Shown: positions 35,745 to 45,854 of the stretch, in pieces | How positions within the stretch are numbered: position 1 is the first letter of the stretch | Layout: the number at the start of each line of letters is the position of its first letter | NCBI GenBank assembly: GCA_963717635.1 | Contig: OY970347.1 | Location: 99,677 to 163,676, forward strand | DNA from: an uncultured bacterium | Lineage (GTDB): Bacteria > Actinomycetota > Thermoleophilia > Solirubrobacterales > 70-9 | Direction: 5' to 3' | DNA: 64,000 nucleotides | Position numbers and translations under genes: made by a program | Notes under the pieces: model-generated | The model's input: the letters and a program-made list of their open reading frames with translations, nothing else | Databases searched by the model: none | Told to the model about the DNA's origin: nothing

Positions 35745-36620
35745 CTAAACCGCGAGGGCGACCCTGGCGCCGTCTGAGCCCGGCACCAGCGGCACCGGGT
35801 CGAGCTGGGCGCCGCCGTTGTCGACCGCCAGCCCCGCGCGCGGCAGGTCGAAGCTCATCCCGCACTTCGGGCAGCCGAGCAGGCCGCCCAGCAGGGTGCC
35901 GGCCGAGAGCGTCGCGCCGCAGCCGGCGCAGGAGTCGCGGAATGCCAGCAGGACGCCGTCGATCCGGGCGACCAAGAGCGGCACGCCGCCGATCTCCTGA
36001 TGGCGGATGCGCCCCTCCTCGACCCCGGACGCACCGTCGAGCGCGTGCCAGGAGGGCGCCGCGTCCGGATTGCCGGGAGCCACCTGGAGCACCGGGAGCT
36101 CGGTGCCGCTCGCGGGCTCTGCGGTGGCGCCGTCCATCCCCTCGACGACCAGCCCCTCGAGGTCGGGGGCCGCCTCGTCCAGCGCCTGTTTGACCGCCAG
36201 CTCGAGCGTCGCCGACGAGGCGGGGCAGGTCTTGCAGCTGCCCTCCAGGCGGAGCCGGGCCACGCCTTCGTCGATCCCCAGGAGCTGCATGTTGCCGCCG
36301 TGCGACTCGAGGTAGGGGCGCACCGAGTCAAGCGCCCCGTTGACTCGCTCGGAGAGCGGGACCGGATACAGGTCGTGGATCAGGAGCAGGCTCTTGACGA
36401 CATCGTCCTTGGCGAGCTGGCCCCGCAATCCCGCCGCCGCCTCACCGGTCATGTCCAGGGCTTCGACGATGCGCCGGATCCCCTCGCCGTAGAGCTCGAC
36501 CACGGCGCCGACCATCGCGTCCGCCAGGTCACGGTCGCGCGGGTTGGCGATCTGGTCGAACTGCTCCTGCAGCTCCTGGACCCGCGCGACCAGCTCGTCG
36601 GCGGTTGGCTCCGTGCTCAT
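35745..36620 (-). CDS. Fe-S protein: NifU-C-terminal-like domain fused to an all-Cys Rieske-like domain (HhyE-like)
   Basis: The region 'VRPYLESHGGNMQLLGI..GVARLRLEGSCKTCPAS' is NifU-like (CxxC). The C-terminal part 'LLAFRDSCAGCG...GCPKCG' has CxxC...CxxC where a Rieske protein has CxH...CxxH. Confidence 0.7.
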   Translation of the reverse strand: MSTEPTADELVARVQELQEQFDQIANPRDRDLADAMVGAVVELYGEGIRRIVEALDMTGEAAAGLRGQLAKDDVVKSLLLIHDLYPVPLSERVNGALDSVRPYLESHGGNMQLLGIDEGVARLRLEGSCKTCPASSATLELAVKQALDEAAPDLEGLVVEGMDGATAEPASGTELPVLQVAPGNPDAAPSWHALDGASGVEEGRIRHQEIGGVPLLVARIDGVLLAFRDSCAGCGATLSAGTLLGGLLGCPKCGMSFDLPRAGLAVDNGGAQLDPVPLVPGSDGARVALAV

Positions 36621-36630
36621 TCAGCCCCTC

Positions 36631-38418
36631 TCAACAGGACATACCCGTGGGGGTGTGCTGGACCTTGCGAACCCGGCCCTTGCCCGTGTACATGTGCACG
36701 CCGCACGGCAGGCACGGATCGAAGCTGCGCACCGCCCTCATGATGTCCACGCCCTTGAAGTTCTCCGGGCCGTTCTCCTCGAAGATCGGTGTGTTCTGCA
36801 CCGCGTCCTCATAGGGGCCGGGAGTCCCGTAGACGTCGCGCACGCTGGCGTTCCACGGCGTCGGTGGGTAGGGCTGGTAGTTGGCGATCTTGCCGCCCTG
36901 GATGACCATGTGATGCGAGATCACACCGCGGGCCGCCTCGTGGAACCCGACGCTGACGGCGTCGTTGGGAACCTTGAAGTCGGACCAGCTCTTGGTCCGG
37001 CCGGCGCGAACCTCCGTGAACGCCCGCTCCAGGCAGTGCAGCCCGATCAGGGCCGAGTACGCCTGGTGGTACGTCCGCGCCCGGTCGCGCTCGATCGCGT
37101 TCGACTTCTCCGGGACGTGCCACTCGAGCTCCATCTCGGGCGCGCTGGCCGTCTTCGGCAGGACCATCTGGATCGAGTGGCCGGTCGCTTTCGCGTAGCC
37201 GAAGTCGACCAGTCCGGCCTTCGCCGTGCACCACTGCCGCGCGAACGGGCCGCCGCCGGTGTCGCAGGCGACGTGGCGGTCGGTGCGCTCGTCGTAGATC
37301 CGTGGCGAGACGACCCAGCTGTACTTGTCCGAGAAGTCGCGAGCCTGCGGCTTCGGGATCGTCACCTTGTTCCACGGGTGCCGCGGGTCGACCGGGTTGC
37401 CGAGCGGGTCCTCGGTCACGAACGGCTGCTCCGTCTCGGTCCAGTCGTCGAAGTACGACGAGCCCAGCAGGATCCGGATCTTCAGGTTGATGTCGACCAG
37501 ATCCGTGGTGATCAGCTCTCCGCCGATCGCGATCCCGGGCGTGACGTAGCGCTTGTTGCCCCACTCGTTCATGTTCTCGTAGCTCGAGTCGGCGTAATCG
37601 GGGTCGTCGAACGCGCCCCAATTGACGAGATCCGTCTCGCGGTAGCCGACCATGTCGTACCCCGGCAGCTCCCTGAGGAAGAAGTCGTAGAGGTCGTCAT
37701 GCATCGGCACGCTGCGCTTGACGTAGTCGATGTAGCGCATCAGGCGCACGTAGTAGTCGGTGAGCGTCTGGTGCGTGATGTGCGCGCTGCAGCCGCCGGG
37801 CATGATCGTCGACGGGTGCGTGTGCCGGCCACCGAACAGGCAGTACATCTCGCGCGTGTACCGGGCCACCTGGAGGGTCTCCAGGTAGAAGTCGCCGGTG
37901 AACGGGTTCAGCGAGCGCATGATGTCGGCGATCGTCTTGTAGCCGTGGTGCGCGACTCCCGGCGCGGACGTCTGCTCCGCCTTCCCCAGCAGCGTCGGGT
38001 TCGTCTCCTTGACCATCTGCTCGCAGAAGTCGACGTTGCACATGCAGTCGTTGAAGATCGCGTGGTCGAACATGAAGTCCGCCGTCTCCGCGAGGTTGAA
38101 CGCCAGCTCGCCCAGGGGCGGCATCTTCACGCCGTAGGCCATGTTCTGGTTCAGGCACGAGCAGGTGCAGTGGTTGTCACCGCAGATGCCGCAGATGCGG
38201 CTGGTGATGAAGTGCGCGTCGCGGGGGTCGATCCCCTTCATGAAGATGTCGAATCCGCGGAAGATCATCGACGTCGAGTAGCACTTCAGGACCTGCTGGT
38301 TCGTGAAGTCGATCTCGGTGTGGATGCCAAGCGAGCCGACGATCCGGGTGATCGGATCCCACGACATCTCCTTGACCATGACCTTCGAGTCACTGGGGGG
38401 CGTCTCTACGGTTGCCAT
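36631..38418 (-). CDS. hhyL: [NiFe]-hydrogenase large subunit, group 1h/5 (high-affinity type)
   Basis: L1 motif 'TSRICGICGDNH'. C-terminal L2 'SFDPCLPCGVHMY'. 595 aa. Confidence 0.95.
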   Translation of the reverse strand: MATVETPPSDSKVMVKEMSWDPITRIVGSLGIHTEIDFTNQQVLKCYSTSMIFRGFDIFMKGIDPRDAHFITSRICGICGDNHCTCSCLNQNMAYGVKMPPLGELAFNLAETADFMFDHAIFNDCMCNVDFCEQMVKETNPTLLGKAEQTSAPGVAHHGYKTIADIMRSLNPFTGDFYLETLQVARYTREMYCLFGGRHTHPSTIMPGGCSAHITHQTLTDYYVRLMRYIDYVKRSVPMHDDLYDFFLRELPGYDMVGYRETDLVNWGAFDDPDYADSSYENMNEWGNKRYVTPGIAIGGELITTDLVDINLKIRILLGSSYFDDWTETEQPFVTEDPLGNPVDPRHPWNKVTIPKPQARDFSDKYSWVVSPRIYDERTDRHVACDTGGGPFARQWCTAKAGLVDFGYAKATGHSIQMVLPKTASAPEMELEWHVPEKSNAIERDRARTYHQAYSALIGLHCLERAFTEVRAGRTKSWSDFKVPNDAVSVGFHEAARGVISHHMVIQGGKIANYQPYPPTPWNASVRDVYGTPGPYEDAVQNTPIFEENGPENFKGVDIMRAVRSFDPCLPCGVHMYTGKGRVRKVQHTPTGMSC

Positions 38419-38485
38419 CTCTTCTCTCTCCTCGGTTGAAACTGGCTATCGGCAGGTGGTTCGGGTCGCTCGCTCCTTCAGCGCC

Positions 38486-39556
38486 TCATCCGTAGTTACG
38501 GGCCTGATAACCCGTCTCGAGCTTGGTGTTCGGCTTGCGCCAGGTGGGCTCGACGTCGTACTTGCGCTTGATGTTGCGGTGGCGGAAGTACCGCAGCACC
38601 GGCCCCAGCGCGAACCGCTCCACGCTCGAGGCCAGGCCGCCGGCGAAGTCCTCCTCCATGAACGGCATGTACTTGTCGGGGAAGCCGGGCATCGTGCAGG
38701 CCATGCAGATGCCGCCCACGTTCGGGCAGCCGCCGTAGCCGTCGACCCAGCCGCGCACCGGCACGTTGCACTTCACGACCGGCCCCTTGCAGCCCAGCTT
38801 GACCAGGCAGCGGGGGTCGTCGCCGTACTCGGTCGCGAACTGCCCCTGTTCGGCGAATCCGCCCCGGTTACAGCCCTCGCGGACCGTGCGGCCGAACAGC
38901 CACCGCGGGCGGAGCTGCTCGTCGAGGTCCGGAACCGGCGCCCGGCCCGCGAGGTGCAGCGCCAGGTAGAGCAACGTCTCCGTTGTGTTGTCCGGCTGCG
39001 CGGGACAGCCGGGGATGTTGACCACGGGCAGCCCCGCGACGGACTTCCAATCCCAGCCGAGGTGGTCGGCGACGCCCATCGCGCCGGTCGGGTTGTTCTT
39101 CATCGCCGGGATCCCGCCGTAGGTGGCGCAGGTCCCGATCGCGACGACGGCCGCAGCCTTCGGCGCGAGGCGGTCGAGCCACTCCGAGGTCGTGATCGGC
39201 TGACCGGTCTCGGGGTTGTCCCCGATCGCCGCCCAGTGGCCGTCGCCGGAGAGCTTCTCGTTCGGAATCGAGCCCTCGACGCAGAGCACGAACGGATCCA
39301 GCTCGCCGCGCTCGGCCCGCCACCACCACTCGATGAACTCGGCGCCGTTCTCATAGGCGAGCACCGGGTTGTGGATGTGGAGCTTCGGCATCCCGGGGAT
39401 GGTCTGGAGGATCAGGTCCTCGAGGCTCGGGTTGACGGCTGAGGTCATGGCGACGGAGTCGCCGTCGCAGGAGAGTCCGGTGGTCATCCACAGAACGTGG
39501 GCCTCAACCGCCTCGGTCTCCTTCTGGTTCGGAACGAACTCAGCCGACAGGGCCAT
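38486..39556 (-). CDS. hhyS: [NiFe]-hydrogenase small subunit, group 1h/5 (no Tat signal peptide)
   Basis: 'TGLSCDGDS', 'GTCATYGGIPA', 'PGCPAQPDN', 'CKGPVVKCNVP', 'GGICMACTMPGFPD'. SD AAAGGAGAG. N-terminus lacks an RRxF motif. Confidence 0.9.
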   Translation of the reverse strand: MALSAEFVPNQKETEAVEAHVLWMTTGLSCDGDSVAMTSAVNPSLEDLILQTIPGMPKLHIHNPVLAYENGAEFIEWWWRAERGELDPFVLCVEGSIPNEKLSGDGHWAAIGDNPETGQPITTSEWLDRLAPKAAAVVAIGTCATYGGIPAMKNNPTGAMGVADHLGWDWKSVAGLPVVNIPGCPAQPDNTTETLLYLALHLAGRAPVPDLDEQLRPRWLFGRTVREGCNRGGFAEQGQFATEYGDDPRCLVKLGCKGPVVKCNVPVRGWVDGYGGCPNVGGICMACTMPGFPDKYMPFMEEDFAGGLASSVERFALGPVLRYFRHRNIKRKYDVEPTWRKPNTKLETGYQARNYG

Positions 39557-39586
39557 CGCACTCTCCTTTGTTGGAATACATACGTC

Positions 39587-40720
39587 TCAACAGATCCTCG
39601 GCAGTGGGTCTCCCGCCAGCAGGTCCATAACGCGGCGGCCGCCGAACGCGGTCTCGACGAGGACCATCCCCGGGGGCTCCGGGGTGACCTCGGCCAGCTC
39701 CACAGCGTCCTCGCAGCCGGGCACGGCGCGCAGGGCGGCCAGCGCGTCGGCGGCCGAGCCGGGCGCCACGAACGCGACCATCACGCCCTCGTTCGCCACG
39801 TACATCGGGTCGATCCCCAACAGCTCGCAGGCGCCGGCCACGTCGGCGGCAACCGGGACGTCCGCCTCGCGCACGCTGATGCCCACGCCCGAAGCCCGTG
39901 CAAGCTCGTTGAGCGCGCTGGCGACCCCGCCTCTCGTGGCGTCGCGCATGCAACGCAGGCCAGGGCCGACGGCCTCCAGCAGAGCGTCGGTGACCGGCCA
40001 CAAGGACCGCGTGTCGGAGACGACGTCGGCGTCGAGTCCCAGCTCACCCCGCGCGAGCATGATCGCCGTGCCGTGCTCGCCGATCGTCTTCGAGACCAGG
40101 ACGCGGTCGCCCGGCTCAAGCGACGTGGTTGCGAGCGTGGCGCGCGGATCGACGGCGCCGATGCCGGTCGTGCAGACGTACATGCCGTCGGCGTGACCGC
40201 GCTCGACCACCTTGGTGTCGCCGGTCACGACCTTGACTCCGGCACCCTCCGCGGCGGCGGCGATCGCGTCCACCTCGTCCCGCAGCACGTCGGCGTCCAG
40301 CCCCTCCTCCAGCACGAACGCAACGCTCAGCGCCTGCGCCCTGGCCCCGGCCGCCGCGAGGTCGTTGACCGTGCCCAGCACGGCCAGCTCCCCGATCGAT
40401 CCGCCCGGGAAGCGCAGCGGCTTGACGACGAAGGTGTCGGTGGTCATGGCAACCGAGCTGTCGCCGACGGCGACCACGCCGGAGTCGCCCAATTCCCCCA
40501 GCGCCTCCGAGTCGAAGGCGGGCACCAGGAGCCCCTCGATCAGGGTCTGGGTCGCCTTGCCGCCGGCCCCGTGGGACATCGTCACCTGGGCGTCCTTGAA
40601 GCGCGGCCGCTTCGACCGCGCGGTTTCGATGATCTCCAGCACGCGCTGCTCGCGGTCCGGCGCGCTCGGCCGGCCGGCGCCGATCCGCTTCTCCGAGGTC
40701 GCTGCGGGCTCGACGGTCAC
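39587..40720 (-). CDS. hypE: Hydrogenase maturation protein HypE
   Basis: 'MSHGAGGK', PurM-like fold, C-terminal 'DPLPRIC'. GTG 40720 overlaps the hypD TGA. Confidence 0.9.
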   Translation of the reverse strand: MTVEPAATSEKRIGAGRPSAPDREQRVLEIIETARSKRPRFKDAQVTMSHGAGGKATQTLIEGLLVPAFDSEALGELGDSGVVAVGDSSVAMTTDTFVVKPLRFPGGSIGELAVLGTVNDLAAAGARAQALSVAFVLEEGLDADVLRDEVDAIAAAAEGAGVKVVTGDTKVVERGHADGMYVCTTGIGAVDPRATLATTSLEPGDRVLVSKTIGEHGTAIMLARGELGLDADVVSDTRSLWPVTDALLEAVGPGLRCMRDATRGGVASALNELARASGVGISVREADVPVAADVAGACELLGIDPMYVANEGVMVAFVAPGSAADALAALRAVPGCEDAVELAEVTPEPPGMVLVETAFGGRRVMDLLAGDPLPRIC

Positions 40721-41841
40721 GACGCCACCGGCTCCTTCTCGCGCTGGTAGCGGCCGTAGTTGTAGTACGCGGCGCAAGCGCCCTCGGGCGAGACCATGCA
40801 GGTCCCGATCGCGTGCTCAGGGGTGCAGGCGGTGCCGAAGACCTTGCATTCCCAGGGCTTGATCACGCCCTTCAGCACCTCGCCGCACTGGCAGGCCTTG
40901 GGGTCGGCGACGCGGACGCCCGGAACCTCGTAGCGGAGCTCGGCGTCGAGGTCCGAGTAGGCCTGGGACAGCTTCAGCGCGCTCTGTGAGATGAAGCCGA
41001 GGCCGCGCCACTCGAAGTGGGGCCGCAGCTCGAACACCTCGGACATGGCCTTCAGCGCCGCCGGGTTGCCCTCGTAGGGAACTACCCGCTTGTACTGGTT
41101 CTCGACCTCGCACCTGCCGGCTGAGATCTGGGCCAGGATCATCTGGATCGCCTGGAGGATGTCGAGCGGCTCGAAGCCCGCGGTCACCAGCGGCTTGCCG
41201 TACTCGGACGGGATGAACTCGAACGGCCTGACGCCGACGACGGTCGAGACGTGACCGGGGCCGATGAAGCCGTCGAGCCGCAGGTCGGGAGAGTCAAGCA
41301 GCGCCCGCAGCGGCGGCACGATCGTCACGTGGTTGCAGATGCACGAGAAGTTCTGGACGCCCTCGGCCTTGGCCCGCTTGAGCGTCAGCGCGGTCGACGG
41401 GGCGGTGGTCTCGAAGCCGATCGCGAAGAAAACGACCTGGCGATCCGGGTTGGACTTCGCGATCCGCAGCGCGTCGAGCGGCGAGTAGACCATGCGGATG
41501 TCGGCGCCGGCCGCCTTCGCCTCCATGAAGGTCTGCTCGGACCCCGGTACCCGCATCATGTCCCCGAAGCAGGTGAGGATCACCTCTTCGTTCTGGGCGG
41601 CGACGGCGATCCCGTCGTCGATCCGCCCCATCGGCATCACGCAGACCGGGCAGCCCGGGCCGTGGACGAGCTCGACGTTCTCGGGCAGCAGATCGTCGAT
41701 CCCGTACTTGTAGATCGAGTGGGTGTGGCCGCCGCAGACCTCCATCAGCTTGTAGTGGCGTCCCGGCTCGACCGCGGTCAGGATCTCGCCGGCGAGGGCC
41801 CGCCCGAGCTCGGGATCCCTGAACTCATCGACGAACTTCAC
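40717..41841 (-). CDS. hypD: Hydrogenase maturation protein HypD
   Basis: 'VKFVDEFRD', 'EVCGGHTH', 'GPGCPVCV', 'GFETTAP'. GTG 41841 overlaps the upstream TGA. Confidence 0.95.
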   Translation of the reverse strand: MKFVDEFRDPELGRALAGEILTAVEPGRHYKLMEVCGGHTHSIYKYGIDDLLPENVELVHGPGCPVCVMPMGRIDDGIAVAAQNEEVILTCFGDMMRVPGSEQTFMEAKAAGADIRMVYSPLDALRIAKSNPDRQVVFFAIGFETTAPSTALTLKRAKAEGVQNFSCICNHVTIVPPLRALLDSPDLRLDGFIGPGHVSTVVGVRPFEFIPSEYGKPLVTAGFEPLDILQAIQMILAQISAGRCEVENQYKRVVPYEGNPAALKAMSEVFELRPHFEWRGLGFISQSALKLSQAYSDLDAELRYEVPGVRVADPKACQCGEVLKGVIKPWECKVFGTACTPEHAIGTCMVSPEGACAAYYNYGRYQREKEPVAS

Positions 41842-42098
41842 GCCGTGACCCCCAGATGGGCGATGGCCGTCCCGGCATGGACCAGGAGCTCGTCGCCCTC
41901 GGCGACGGGCGGGACCAGCGCGATCTCGACCGTTTCGCGAGCACCGTGCTCGTTCTCGCAAAGCGCCAGCTCGCGCTCACGATCGATTCGCACCACGCGC
42001 AGCGGCTCGGCGACGTCCCCGCAGGTGATGCAGTGGTCGTCGTCGCAGTTGTCGGCCTGACCGATGTGCCCCCCGGCCGACTGCGGGGTCAAGCTCAA
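41838..42098 (-). CDS. HypC/HupF-family paralogue with N-terminal extension and internal 'CITCGD'
   Basis: The C-terminal two-thirds resemble the HypC OB-fold ('..VRIDRERELALCE..GARETVEIALVP.V.EGDELLVHAG.A'). There is no Cys at position 2. Confidence 0.6.
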   Translation of the reverse strand: MSLTPQSAGGHIGQADNCDDDHCITCGDVAEPLRVVRIDRERELALCENEHGARETVEIALVPPVAEGDELLVHAGTAIAHLGVTA

Positions 42099-42376
42099 TC
42101 GATCACGCTCGCCCGGAGCTCTTCGAGCTCCTGCTCGTAGTCGGCGCCCATTCCCTCGAGCATCCTGCGGGTGGCGATGGCCTCGGCCTCATCCACCTTG
42201 GAGAGCGCGAAGCCGACATGGATCAGCACCCAATCCCCGACGTCCACGCCCCCGGACTCATCGTCGTCGAGCAGCCCGATGTTGACGTTGCGGCGGACGC
42301 CCGCGATGTCGACCTTGGCGAGCCGGTTTGACTCGTCGACCACTTCGAGCACTTGGCCTGGAATTGCCAGACACAC
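42095..42376 (-). CDS. hypC: Hydrogenase maturation chaperone HypC
   Basis: '(M)CLAIPGQVLEV...GDWVLIHVGFAL'. GTG start. Confidence 0.9.
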   Translation of the reverse strand: MCLAIPGQVLEVVDESNRLAKVDIAGVRRNVNIGLLDDDESGGVDVGDWVLIHVGFALSKVDEAEAIATRRMLEGMGADYEQELEELRASVID

Positions 42377-42409
42377 CGCGCCTGCAGCTCCTCTCCGGGG
42401 TTCCCGGCG

Positions 42410-42438
42410 AACCTAACAGTTGATACCGGTCGTCGCAA
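42410..42438 (-). promoter_or_regulatory. Candidate promoter of the hyp/hhy operon
   Basis: On the minus strand: TTGCGA (42438-42433), 17 nt spacer, TAGGTT (42415-42410). This lies ~35 nt upstream of the hypC GTG, with SD GGAGAGGAG in between. Confidence 0.3.
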
Positions 42439-42492
42439 GCCCGCCCGGCGGGGTCGGAATTGTCACCGCCGGGCCGGGCCGCACTTCCGCCG

Positions 42493-42744
42493 CTACTCGG
42501 CCGCGGGGTCGTGCTCGACTTGTGAGGGGTCTTCCTCTCCGGCCGCGTCGCCGCCCGGGCCGCCGGACGTGGCGCCGCCCGTGTTGGGGACGTCGGAAGC
42601 ATCCTGGCTCGCGTCGTCGAGGACTTCTCCCTCGGCGTCTTCTGAGCGGCGCTCCTGATCCTCGATCTTCGAACCGTGTGCGTGCAACGGCGTCTCGGGC
42701 AGGTCCTCCTCGTCGACTCCGGTCTTGCCCTCTTCGTCAGGCAT
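42493..42744 (-). CDS. Small, highly acidic, probably disordered protein (83 aa)
   Basis: Consensus SD AAGGAGGAG 4 nt before ATG 42744. 26 of 83 residues are D/E by my count. No motif. Confidence 0.55.
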   Translation of the reverse strand: MPDEEGKTGVDEEDLPETPLHAHGSKIEDQERRSEDAEGEVLDDASQDASDVPNTGGATSGGPGGDAAGEEDPSQVEHDPAAE

Positions 42745-42919
42745 TGCTCCTCCTTGGTTGATCGGCCTGCGGTTACCCGGCGCCCGGCAGGACAATCGCC
42801 CCGTCAGGGTTTCCGCCAAAGCCGAGTACGCCGTCTGCGCCGCGATCGCGCTGCGAGCGGCCGTGCCGCGACCGCTGGTGCGGCGCGCGGACGAGCTGCT
42901 TTCGGCTAGAAACCTCGTG

Positions 42920-44505
<1,586 letters not shown>

Positions 44506-44509
<4 letters not shown>

Positions 44510-45669
44510 CTTCCCACCCCGATCCGGTCGTCGGCGAACCGGCCGGGATCCGCCGCCTTCAGCTCGAGTGGGGGCTCCTCATCGCAGAGGGCCGCGACGA
44601 TCCCGGTTGCCGTCAGCGGGGCGAGCAGGATGCCGTTGCGGAAATGGCCGGTCGCGAACAGCAGGCCCTCGGCCGGGGAGCGGCCCACAAGGGGAGCGTT
44701 GTCGGGAGTGCCGGGACGCAACCCGGCAACCGCTCGCTCGAGCTCGAGTTCCAGCACGTCGGGCACGGCGCGGTAGGCCTCACGCAACAGCTCGTGGACG
44801 CCGCCCGCGGTGACCCGGGTGTCGAACCCGAGCTCCTCGACGGTTGCCCCCACGATCAGCCGCCCATCCGCGCGCGGCACCAGATACACGCGCTCGGTGA
44901 CGACGATGCGCTCGACAACCGCCTTGCCGGCAGCGGCACGCAGGGTGAGGATCTGGCCCTTCACCGGCCGGACGGGAGGTCGCGCCGCTTCGGGCAGCCA
45001 CTCGGCGGCTCCCGACCAGGCCCCGGCTGCAAGCACGGTGGCGCCGGCGAGATGCCGTTCGCCATCGGTCGACTCAACCCCCGCCAGGCGGCCGCCGTCG
45101 AGGACCGCGCCGTCGACCTCGACACCGCAAATGATCGCCACCCCGGCCCGCTCGCAGGCGCTCGACAGCGCTCGGACCACCTGGCTCGGGTCGACGGCCG
45201 CCTCGTGCGGGGCGTGCACCCCGCCGACCGCGGCCGGATGCAGGCCCGGTTCGAGCGTCCGGCATTCGCTGGCCCCGAGCCATTCGGCGTCGAGGCCCAG
45301 CGAGGTCATCAGCTCGTGCCGCCGCCGAAGCTCCGCCGCCTCGTCGCGGTCCAGCGCCACGTGGACGGCGCCGCCCGGAATGAAGCCTGGATCGACGGCG
45401 CTCTCCGCGGCAAGCTCGGCCGCGAACGCCGGCCAGGCCGCGTGCGACGCGAGCCCCGCCTCGAGCAGCCGATCCTCGCCCCATGAAGCCTCGCCGACGG
45501 GGGCGAGCATGCCTGCGGCGACCCCGGAGGCGCCGGATCCCGGCTCGTCGCGCTCGAGCACGCGCACCGATAGTCCCCGCTGGGCAGCACGCCAGGCGCA
45601 GGCCAACCCAATCGCGCCGGCACCGACGATCAAAACGTCGGGCATCTTGGATCCGTTTGCGCTGGTCAT
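44506..45669 (-). CDS. thiO: FAD-dependent glycine oxidase
   Basis: 'VLIVGAGAIGLACAW' dinucleotide fold, DAO family. Placed first in the thiOSG order behind a TPP riboswitch. Confidence 0.85.
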
Positions 45670-45727
45670 CCGGACACCTCCCTTGGCGGGGGGCTCAAGT
45701 TGGTTTCGCGCCTTGCGTCGCTCATCA

Positions 45728-45822
45728 ACGTCCCTTCGCCGGCATTACCCGGGTCAGGTTCAAACGGTCGGCGGCCGACAGCCGCCCTCTCAGCCCTTGA
45801 CTCGGTGGGGCTCCCGCTACCG
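45728..45822 (-). promoter_or_regulatory. TPP (THI-box) riboswitch
   Basis: The minus-strand RNA reads ...GGGAGCCCCACCGAGUCAAGGGCUGAGAGGGCGGC...GACCGUUUGAACCUGACCCGGGUAAUGCCGGCGAAGGGA. It contains the CUGAGA and ACCUGA..GG.UAAUGCC.GCG.AGGGA consensus blocks and lies ~60 nt upstream of the thiO SD GGGAGG. Confidence 0.85.
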
Positions 45823-45854
45823 ACCGGATGGTACTCCGCGATACTTCGCGCCCG

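Noticed and set aside
36544-38439. 631-aa + strand ORF
   Set aside because: It is antisense to hhyL, whose Ni-binding motifs are unambiguous. It has the typical antisense open frame of high-GC genes.
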